This document shows positions 55,189 through 62,989 of a stretch of DNA of 64,000 bases, in pieces. The stretch is from assembly GCA_937948815.1 (NCBI GenBank), contig CALFAM010000052.1:1061-65060 (forward strand), given 5' to 3'. Below the pieces are notes generated by a model. The model made no database searches, was not told the origin of the DNA, and saw only the letters and a list, made by a program, of their open reading frames with translations. Position numbers and translations under genes: made by a program. Every line of letters starts with the position of its first letter. The stretch's first letter is position 1. Source of the DNA: an uncultured bacterium (GTDB lineage Bacteria; Acidobacteriota; Thermoanaerobaculia; Multivoradales; J023).

Positions 55189-55225
55189 GGTGAGCCTCCT
55201 GCGATGCTGTCAGCTCACAGTTATC

Positions 55226-55240
55226 GCAAGGTCAGCGCCA
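55226..55240 (-). promoter_or_regulatory. Sigma-54 (-24/-12) promoter
   Basis: Minus strand reads TGGCGCTGACCTTGC. GG and GC are at the consensus spacing of TGGCAC-N5-TTGC. 38 nt upstream of the small-ORF ATG. Confidence 0.55.
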
Positions 55241-55340
55241 ACTTGGAATCCGGGGCCGAAGAATCAACCCTAAACAACTGAAACGAAAGAAGATAAGATC
55301 TTTTCGACGTTTCCATCCGCAGACCTGAAACCTCTTAGGC

Positions 55341-55359
55341 ATGCGGCAGAATGCCGCAT
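55341..55359. promoter_or_regulatory. Perfect 8-3-8 palindrome, candidate enhancer (UAS) site
   Basis: ATGCGGCA-GAA-TGCCGCAT. A near-copy ATGCGACAGAATGCCGCAA lies at 55442-55460 and a related CGCGGC-N5-GCCGCG at 55424-55440. About 100-200 bp upstream of the sigma-54 promoter. Confidence 0.4.
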
Positions 55360-55473
55360 AGACCTCCACTCGCCTCCCAGGAACTGACCCTAAATCGAAT
55401 ACCGATAACGATTTAGGGAAATACGCGGCATATCGCCGCGCATGCGACAGAATGCCGCAATTCGCGGTTGGCC

Positions 55474-56979
55474 TCAGAATCCCTTGCGCTGGAGTGTTCG
55501 TCGGTCCACGCCGAGAAGCCGCGCGGCAGCGCTCTTGTTGCCGTCCGCCATCCGAAGGACACGCTGAATGTGCCGTTCTTCGACCGTTGCCAGCTCAAGG
55601 ACTCCCGGATCCGTTTCGCCCTCGGCAGGCTCCAGCGAGTCGCCCGCCCGCTCCAGGAGACTCCGGATCAAGACCGCGTCTACCTCGCCGTCCGCCAGCG
55701 ACACGGCGCCCTCGACCAGATTCTGGAGCTCCCGAACATTGCCGGGATAGTCGTAACCGAGCAACAGCGCGAGGGCATCCTGCGTGAACTGAGGCGGTGC
55801 AATCCCTTCCCGGGAGCAGAATCGCTCCGTGAAGTGCCGGAGGAAGAGGGGAACCTCCTGGCGTCGCGAGCGCAGCGGCGGGAGCTCGATCTCGACCCCA
55901 CGAAGCCGGTAGTAGAGGTCACCGCGGAAGGCCCCTTCCTCGACCAGCTCTTCGAGATTGCGATGGGTTGCGGCGACCACCCGGACATCCACGGGCAGGG
56001 TCTGATGGCCACCAACGCGCGTGATCTCGCGCTCCTGCAGCGCCCGCAGCAGCTTGACCTGGAGCGCGGACTGGAGATCACCGATCTCGTCGAGAAAGAG
56101 GGTGCCGCCATCAGCGAGCTCGAGCTTTCCACGACGCGCCGTGACCCCGGTCGCGACACCGCCTTCGATCCCGAAGAGCTCGCTCTCGAGCAGCGCCTCA
56201 GGCAAGGCAGCACAATTGAGCGCGATCAACGGTCCGCTACGGGCCGAGCGGAAGTGCAGTAGCTTGGCCACCAGCTCCTTACCGGTTCCGCTCTCGCCCC
56301 GGATCAACACGCTGATACCGCGCGGTGCCACGCGTTCGACCATGTCGAGCGTCTGCTGCATGGCCGCCGAGCTAGCAATGATGCGATTGCCGGCAAAGTC
56401 AGCGACCAGCTTGCCCTTGAGCGCCCGATTCTCCTCGGCCAACCGCTCGCGCTGGGTCTCGAGTTCATCGAGATGCCTGGCGCTGTCGAGGGCGACACCC
56501 GCGAGCGCGGCGACCGAATCCAGAAACCGCCGATCCTCGTCGCTGAACGAGGAGGCCTCGGTGCCACGCGCTTCTTTGTCGAAGAGCGCCAAGAAGCCGA
56601 GGTAGACGTTGCGGCAGTGGAGGGGGGTGGCGAGTACCTCCTGGTAGCTGAGGCCGGCAAGCTCGCCATCCCGCCAGGTCACCGGCTGCCCTTGGGCCAG
56701 GAGCTCTCGCCAGAGCGCGGTCTGCAGCAGTGCATCGCCGCTGACCGGCCGCCCCTGCCAACCGACGCTCGAGAGTGTCCGGCTCCCGCCCCAATTATCG
56801 CGGGTGACGACGACCGCAGCCGCGGGATCGAGGACCGCACAGACTTTCTGCAGCAACTCTTCGACGAGCTCTTCCTCGGGCCGCTCGGCGTGTAGTGCGA
56901 GCGCGAGATCGTAGAGCGTCTCGAGCTGCAGAATGCGACGCTTCTCGGCGAGGTTCGCGGTTGGTCGGACGATGGTCAC
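55474..56979 (-). CDS. Sigma-54-dependent transcriptional activator (GAF + AAA+ + Fis-type HTH)
   Basis: Walker A GESGTGKE, Walker B [10 protein letters not shown], R-finger region [10 protein letters not shown] and C-terminal HTH [19 protein letters not shown]. The L1 loop reads GVATGV rather than GAFTGA. Confidence 0.85.
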   Translation of the reverse strand: [501 protein letters not shown]

Positions 56980-57059
56980 CGCGTGATCTTATCGGCCGTC
57001 GACGTCCTTCGGTTCCTCACGGGCTCCAGCCGACGGCAGGCGAGGTCCCGGTCGCGGCA

Positions 57060-57716
57060 TCAGGGAGGCGGACGGACCAGCAGCAGCGCGTCGTCGAGCC
57101 GAATCAGCGCTGGCGCATCGAGGTCGACGAGCGCCGCCAGATCGGGATGTTCGTCCAACCAAGCGCGCCCCTCGGGGCTCCCGAGGGCAATCTCCCGGCT
57201 CGCCTCGTCGACCACGCCGCGCTCCCGCCACACCCTGCCGGTCCAGTACAAGGCCCGCGAGGCGATTTCGATCCGGTCGCCGACCACGTGGCCACCTTCC
57301 CCCTCGCTCTCGGCACCCACCATGACCAGCGATGTTTCTCCTTGCTCAGCGCGGGCGAAGAGGACCGAGAGGAAATACACGGCGAGTGACAGCGAAATGA
57401 CCACCGCGAACATCGGCAGGATGGGATTGTGGCGACGCAGCGGCGAAAGGCTTTGCTCCAGTCGGTCCAAGAAGCTGACCCGCTCACGCTCGATCGCGAT
57501 GTGCCGAGCCACGGCATGATGCAAGGTGGGTGGTGGTGGCGGGGGTGGCTCGGCCTGACGCAAGCCATCGACCACCCGGCGCAGCCCTTCGAGTCGCTCG
57601 CGGGTGCGGCGGTCCTGCTCGAGCTCAGCTTCGAGGGCCTGGATCTCAGCAGCCGACAGCTCGCCGTCGAGGTAGGCAGACAGGCGCTCGGTCGGTGTCA
57701 GCTCGTTCTTGCTCAT
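57060..57716 (-). CDS. Anti-sigma factor (single-pass membrane)
   Basis: N-terminal LSAYLDGELSAAEIQALEAEL anti-sigma motif and one TM (ILPMFAVVISLSLAVYFLSVLF). 4-nt overlap with the upstream ECF sigma gene. Confidence 0.65.
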   Translation of the reverse strand: MSKNELTPTERLSAYLDGELSAAEIQALEAELEQDRRTRERLEGLRRVVDGLRQAEPPPPPPPTLHHAVARHIAIERERVSFLDRLEQSLSPLRRHNPILPMFAVVISLSLAVYFLSVLFARAEQGETSLVMVGAESEGEGGHVVGDRIEIASRALYWTGRVWRERGVVDEASREIALGSPEGRAWLDEHPDLAALVDLDAPALIRLDDALLLVRPPP

Positions 57717-58378
57717 TGCGTCTTCTCGCGGGCGGCTCGGGCCGCTTCGCGCTCCAGAACCTTTCGCAAACCATCACGGCCGCGCGCGATCCGCGAGCGT
57801 ACCGTTCCGATGCGTACCCCCAACACCTGCGCGATCTCCTCGTAAGAAAGGCCCTCGAGATCACGTAGCACGACGGCCTCGCGGAACGGAGGCTTGACCT
57901 CGCCCAGGGCTTGGGTGACGGTGCGCCCAGCGTCGCCGGCCAGGGTGCGATCCTCCGGCCCGCGTCGAGGATCAACCAGCTGCACACCGCGTTCGGCATC
58001 GTCCTCGGCCAAGGGCTGGGTTGGCCAGCGACGGCGCCCGAGCTTGCTACGGCAGTGGTTGAGCGTGACCCGATAGATCCAGGTCTTGAGGCTGGAGCGA
58101 CTGTCGAACCTTCCGAGATGTCGGAAGATTCGGATGAACACCTCTTGCGACAGGTCTTCAGCGCGCTCGGGACTGCCACTGAGACGGTAGGCCAAACCGT
58201 GGACCAAGCTGGCAAACCGGCGGTAGACCTCGTCGAAGGCTGCCGGCTCACCCCACCGGTGCCCCTGGGCCAGCTCCCAATCGGCTCGCTCGGACCAATC
58301 CACCGCCTCGGGTCGACTCTCTCCCGATGTCATGGTGGCAGCGAGCGTACCTGATTTGATCAAGCGCCTAGCCTGCAC
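57713..58378 (-). CDS. ECF sigma factor (RpoE-like)
   Basis: Region 2 (AEDLSQEVFIRIFRHL...TWIYRVTLNHCRS) and region 4 (LSYEEIAQVLGVRIGTVRSRIARGR). Confidence 0.85.
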   Translation of the reverse strand: MQARRLIKSGTLAATMTSGESRPEAVDWSERADWELAQGHRWGEPAAFDEVYRRFASLVHGLAYRLSGSPERAEDLSQEVFIRIFRHLGRFDSRSSLKTWIYRVTLNHCRSKLGRRRWPTQPLAEDDAERGVQLVDPRRGPEDRTLAGDAGRTVTQALGEVKPPFREAVVLRDLEGLSYEEIAQVLGVRIGTVRSRIARGRDGLRKVLEREAARAAREKTQ

Positions 58379-58488
58379 GGCTCACCTGGCCTCGACGGAC
58401 GGCCTGAGCGCGGATCGCAGCAGGTCTTCGGTTTCCATGCTTCCTAGACCCGCACACGACGCATTTGGTTCCCGGCTGCTCCCGGGGG

Positions 58489-60285
58489 CTAGGGCGCTGT
58501 CCGACTGGTGGGCGGGTCTGATTCGCCGTAATAGGCCAGGATGCCTTCGACGATCGCCACCGCCATCTTCTGGCGAAAGGCGCGCGTCTGCATCAACCTT
58601 CGATCTTCCGGGTTGGACAGATTACACACTTCGACCAATAGCTTCGCCGGCACCGCATTGTGGCGAACGACCGCCGGTACGAACGGCCGGCTGCGGCGGC
58701 GGCGGATAATGCGGTCACGGATCGGTTTCTCGGGGTGAATCGCCAGACCATTGCGCCGGAAGCTGGCGAGCAACTTGTTGGCCAGCTGCCGCGAAAGCCC
58801 CTCGCTCTTGGTTCGTTGCTTGAAGCTGTAGGACACCTGGGGGCGCTCCCGAACCTCGGCCCGCCGATCGTAGAGGCTTCCCGACTTGCCGAAGGTTCCG
58901 CGACGCAGGCTCGCGGCGGGCACGTAGATCATGGCGCCACGAATCGACGGATGCAGCGCGTCGGCATGGATCGAGAGGAAGACGACCTTCTCGGAGTCGC
59001 CACCATTCTCCCGCAGCGCCTGGCGGTAGAGGCTGTTGGCCAGGTACCAGCGCAGGTGGACACCGGGCGTAGTGTCTTCGATCAGGTAGGGCGGATTCGT
59101 CAGCACTTTGTGCGAGCGGCTGTTGGGCAGTCGGTCTTGATCCCGTACTCCGTAGCCGTCCCCGTCGCGAACACTGAGCTCGACCCGCGCCGCGGTTGTC
59201 TCCCGCAGCAGCTTGCGCACCCGCAGACTGATGTCATGGACGTAGGTCGCCTCCCACACGCCGTCGTAGAGCGTGCCGGGATCGTGACCGCCGTGCCCTG
59301 GATCCAGGATGATCGTGATGCCTTCGAGGCGAGTCGAGCGAACCGTGTTCGAGTACTGCGCACTGTCTACCAGACCGCGCTCGTAGGCCACGCGTCGTGG
59401 ATGGCCGGATGGCAGGAACTCCGGCTGCACGAGATCGAGCGGAATGCGCACGGCCTGGTCGATTGCCATGTCCGTGACGTCCGGAATCTGATTGAGCCGC
59501 GCAATCTCACCCGCGAGCGCATTGACATCCTCGGCGTAGGTACGCCCGGTGAAGCGCACCACGACGCTCGAGTACAGTGCCTCACCGGCCTTGAGCCGAT
59601 AGACCGCATGCTCGTCACCCCCTGATCGCTCGTAGGTCAGGCCGTGTGGCCCGACCTCGTCGAGATCCCAGGGCAGCGCCGCCAGCAGCGCGGGAATGAG
59701 AAGCTCCCGCGGCACGAGAAGACGACTCCCGCGCTCGACGCTGTCGTCGGCCATCTGGTTTCGATCACGCAGCGCGCGAAAGTTCTCGCCTCGGCCCGTA
59801 AGCCAGCGCGCAATATCCCAGAGGTCGAACTGCGGCCCCGATGCGGGAATGACGTGATGCCAACCATCCGCACGCGCCTCGTCGGCAGCGAACAGCGCCT
59901 GAATCACCGCCAACTTCTTGGCATCGTCGAGCAGCCCGTAGGGCACCCGGTAACGGACTCCGGCTAGTAGACGGCGGCGGCCACCGTTGGCCTCGGCAAT
60001 GCGTTCAACGGTGTCGCTCGTGCCGGTCAGGCGCTGCGCGAAGCGAATCAGGCCTTCTCCGGCCTCCGGCACAGCCTCGAGAAAGATCTCAGGCTGCTCG
60101 GTCATGGTCGCCACCATGCCGTTGTCGAGCGCGACGCGCCGGCTTGCGCCGGCAGCCGGCACTGCCGCCACGAGCAGCATCGCCAGCAGCATTGGCGCCA
60201 GCAGGAGCCGCCGTCTGCAGGCGCACCCGCAGCCAACCCTTACGACCACAGCCATGATCGCTGCAGAAGCGTGCCGATTGTTCAA
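58489..60285 (-). CDS. N-acetylmuramoyl-L-alanine amidase (Amidase_3) with N-terminal peptidoglycan-binding-like repeats
   Basis: IILDPGHGGHDPG...FLSIHADA...EVCNLSN catalytic-domain motifs. Signal/TM at the N-terminus. Confidence 0.8.
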   Translation of the reverse strand: MNNRHASAAIMAVVVRVGCGCACRRRLLLAPMLLAMLLVAAVPAAGASRRVALDNGMVATMTEQPEIFLEAVPEAGEGLIRFAQRLTGTSDTVERIAEANGGRRRLLAGVRYRVPYGLLDDAKKLAVIQALFAADEARADGWHHVIPASGPQFDLWDIARWLTGRGENFRALRDRNQMADDSVERGSRLLVPRELLIPALLAALPWDLDEVGPHGLTYERSGGDEHAVYRLKAGEALYSSVVVRFTGRTYAEDVNALAGEIARLNQIPDVTDMAIDQAVRIPLDLVQPEFLPSGHPRRVAYERGLVDSAQYSNTVRSTRLEGITIILDPGHGGHDPGTLYDGVWEATYVHDISLRVRKLLRETTAARVELSVRDGDGYGVRDQDRLPNSRSHKVLTNPPYLIEDTTPGVHLRWYLANSLYRQALRENGGDSEKVVFLSIHADALHPSIRGAMIYVPAASLRRGTFGKSGSLYDRRAEVRERPQVSYSFKQRTKSEGLSRQLANKLLASFRRNGLAIHPEKPIRDRIIRRRRSRPFVPAVVRHNAVPAKLLVEVCNLSNPEDRRLMQTRAFRQKMAVAIVEGILAYYGESDPPTSRTAP

Positions 60286-60306
60286 AGGATCAGTGGATCG
60301 AGAGCG

Positions 60307-61731
60307 CTAGCGGAAGATTCCCTGGCGCTTCTCGGGAGTCTGCGGGGCGTTGCCGCTGAGCTGCGCGTTCAGCTCGCGGATCCTGACCTGTTGCTTCTCG
60401 ATTTTCTGCTGCGCTTCGTCTTTGAGGCGGCCGTACTCGGCACGCATCTTCTCCGCTTCGCGACGCATCGCCTCCATCCGCGAGTCTTGATCACGCACCA
60501 CCTGGTCTCGCTCGCCGAGCGCAGTCGTGAGATCAGCGATCCGCTCGTCCTTCTCGCCGATTTGGAGCTTGACCTTCTCTTCCTGTTCCTCGTAAAGACG
60601 CCGGAATTGCTGAAGCTCTTGAATTTCCGAGAAGTCTGAGGTCGCCATATCGCCTCCTTCGATGTTGGGAAACATGTTGCGGAGCTTGAGCGACAGGTCC
60701 TCCGGATCCGGGGACTGCCGCATCGCCTCTTGATAGGTGATCTCACGATGAACCAACAACGCAATCAGCGACTGGTTCATGGTCTGCATGCGGTAGTAGC
60801 CCACCGAAGACTGGATCTCTTCGAGCATCTCGCCGGTCTCGCCCTTTTCGATCATCTTGGCGATCTTGGGCGACGAGCGCATGATCTCCAGTGCGGCAAC
60901 CCGCTGGCGACCGTCCGCATGCTCGACCAGTTTCATCGAAACGACAGCCTTCAACACCTGCGCGAGCTGAGTCCGGACTTGCCCCTGCTGATCGGCTGGA
61001 AACGAGTCGAGAATGCGGTCGATCGTCTGCGCTGCGCTGTTGGTATGCAGCGTCGAGAAGACAAGATGGCCAGTCTCGGCCGCCGAGATGACCGTGCCGA
61101 TGGTCTCCGGATCGCGCATCTCACCGACCATGATCACGTCCGGATCTTGGCGCATGGCGTTGCGCAGTGCTTCGCGGAAGTGCAGCGTGTCCGTTCCGAG
61201 CTCACGCTGAGAGATCGATGCCATTCCGTCGGCGAAGAGGAATTCCATCGGATCTTCGATCGTGATCACGTGCACGGGCCGGTTGGCCGAGATGTACTTG
61301 ATCAACGCCGCCAGGGTCGTCGATTTACCGCTACCGGTCGCGCCGGTCACCAGCACCAGCCCGGTCGGCATGGCCGTCATCTCGAGCAGGACGTCGGGGA
61401 GGTTGAGCGACTCGACGCTCTTGATCTCGTAGGGAATGCGCCGGAAGACGGCAGCCACGTTGCCGCGCTGCATGTAGACGTTGCCGCGGAAGCGGGCAAC
61501 GCCGGGGACCCCGTACCCGATGTCGACGGAGAGCTTTTCCTCCAACCGCCGCGTCTGCATGGGCGTCAGGATCTTGTAGACCATGTCCTTGACCTGATCG
61601 AGGGTCAAGGCCTCTGCCTTGAGCGGAACCAGGCGTCCGGTCAGTCGAAGCAGCGGCGGGCGCGTCGGCTTCAGATGAAGATCCGAGGCCCCTTGTTTGG
61701 TCATGAACGCAAGTAGCTGATCGAGCTCCAT
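60307..61731 (-). CDS. pilT: Type IV pilus retraction ATPase PilT with about 120-aa C-terminal coiled-coil extension
   Basis: Walker A GATGSGKSTT, Asp box, Walker B DVIMVGEMRD, His box FSTLHTNSA and the AIRNLIRE-equivalent region. Residues from about 355 to 474 are charged heptad-like sequence. Confidence 0.9.
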   Translation of the reverse strand: MELDQLLAFMTKQGASDLHLKPTRPPLLRLTGRLVPLKAEALTLDQVKDMVYKILTPMQTRRLEEKLSVDIGYGVPGVARFRGNVYMQRGNVAAVFRRIPYEIKSVESLNLPDVLLEMTAMPTGLVLVTGATGSGKSTTLAALIKYISANRPVHVITIEDPMEFLFADGMASISQRELGTDTLHFREALRNAMRQDPDVIMVGEMRDPETIGTVISAAETGHLVFSTLHTNSAAQTIDRILDSFPADQQGQVRTQLAQVLKAVVSMKLVEHADGRQRVAALEIMRSSPKIAKMIEKGETGEMLEEIQSSVGYYRMQTMNQSLIALLVHREITYQEAMRQSPDPEDLSLKLRNMFPNIEGGDMATSDFSEIQELQQFRRLYEEQEEKVKLQIGEKDERIADLTTALGERDQVVRDQDSRMEAMRREAEKMRAEYGRLKDEAQQKIEKQQVRIRELNAQLSGNAPQTPEKRQGIFR

Positions 61732-61946
61732 CCCACCGACTCACTGAGATTCTGGTCTATCCACTGGACGGTCCCAGGCCGCCGCGCCGGTGAGCATACA
61801 GCAGTCAGCCGAAGGAAGCGTCACGGTCACCCAAGGGCCCCCAGATGTGGCGCGACTCTCCCAAGGATTCGTCGAACCACGCGTGAGCGTGTTCTGCGGT
61901 GACTTCGCAAGAAATCCACGCGCAGCCTCGACCGCGCCAGCGCTTT

Positions 61947-61990
61947 CGGAAGGCTAGAAATTGGAAGGCTAGAAATCGGAGGCCTGGAAA
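61947..61990. repeat. 15-bp tandem repeat x3 in the lexA-pilT intergenic region
   Basis: GGAAGGCTAGAAAT (61947-61960), GGAAGGCTAGAAAT (61962-61975) and GGAGGCCTGGAAAT (61977-61990), each separated by 1 nt. Confidence 0.7.
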
Positions 61991-62095
61991 TATGAGTACG
62001 GTGGGCCGCGAGAGAGGGACAGGATCAGGAGCTACGGGCTCGAACTGCCATCAGAGGTCCGCTCAGATCCCGGATCCGCTCAGAAGGTACCCGCC

Positions 62096-62746
62096 TCAGA
62101 ACTTGCGCATCAGGCCGACGACCACGCCTTGTACCTGGACGTCCTGCGCAGGCACGAAGATCGGCTTCATGGTCGAGTTGGCAGGCTGCAGCCGAATGCG
62201 GTCTCCCTCCGGGAAGAACCGCTTGAGTGTCGCCTCGATGCCGTCGACTAGCGCGACCACCATTTCCCCTGGGCGCGCGCGCTCGCGTCGAAGCACGACG
62301 ACGAAGTCGCCGTCGTGGATTCCTTCCTGAATCATCGACTCCCCGGCAACGCGCAAGACGTAGTGATCCTCGGTCCGGCCATCGAAGAGGTGGCTCGGAA
62401 CGGCCAGCGTCTCACCGCTCGAGATGGCTTCGATCGGCTGCCCAGCAGCGATCAGACCGAGGAACGGCACCTCCAACTCGATCTCGACGTTGCCTCCCGG
62501 AATCGCCCGCAGCAGCTCGAGCCCGCGCTTCTGATTCCAGTCCCGGTGGAGGTAGCCCTTATCCTGAAGGAGCTTGAGGTGTTTGTAGACGGTTCCGTAC
62601 GACGAGTAGCCGAAGTGATCTCGAATCTCACGGTGGGTCGGCGAGATGCCATGCCCTCGGTGGTAGCCCGTGATGAACTCGAGAATCGCCTTCTGCCGTT
62701 CGGTAAGGTATGCCGCGCGTCGAGTTTCTGCGCTCATGTTGGTCAT
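62096..62746 (-). CDS. lexA: LexA repressor
   Basis: Winged-helix N-domain (LTERQKAILEFI...GISPTHREI), cleavage site region LIAAGQP, and catalytic Ser (GESM) and Lys (TLKRF). ATG at 62746 gives 216 aa. The track ORF extension to 63049 is unsupported. Confidence 0.9.
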   Translation of the reverse strand: MTNMSAETRRAAYLTERQKAILEFITGYHRGHGISPTHREIRDHFGYSSYGTVYKHLKLLQDKGYLHRDWNQKRGLELLRAIPGGNVEIELEVPFLGLIAAGQPIEAISSGETLAVPSHLFDGRTEDHYVLRVAGESMIQEGIHDGDFVVVLRRERARPGEMVVALVDGIEATLKRFFPEGDRIRLQPANSTMKPIFVPAQDVQVQGVVVGLMRKF

Positions 62747-62989
62747 CCTAGGCGGAACTTGAGCGTAAGTCAAGCCTCTCGCCGCTTGACGCCTGGAAAA
62801 TCGCTCTCTATGCTCACCGGCCCTTGTAGGATCTTCGGGGTACGGTCGAGGGTCCATATACCTCACGGCGCGATGTCTCCCGGGACGAAAAGATGCGTCT
62901 CTCGAGGCGAAAGGCTGCTCGTGGCTAGCGGCCGCGAGCCAGAGCGCTGCCACCCCGCCGAGCATGACGACCAAAGGAACTACTATCCC

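Noticed and set aside
61947-61990. CRISPR array
   Set aside because: There are only three 14-15-bp units with 1-nt gaps, no spacers and no cas genes. This is a simple tandem repeat.
62747-62872. LexA operator (SOS box) in the lexA upstream region
   Set aside because: Short inverted repeats exist (CTTGA-N7-TCAAG at about 62758-62774, CAAGC-N8-GCTTG nearby). None matches an SOS-box consensus I can name with confidence (CTGT-N8-ACAG, GAAC-N4-GTTC, GTTC-N7-GTTC), so no operator is called.
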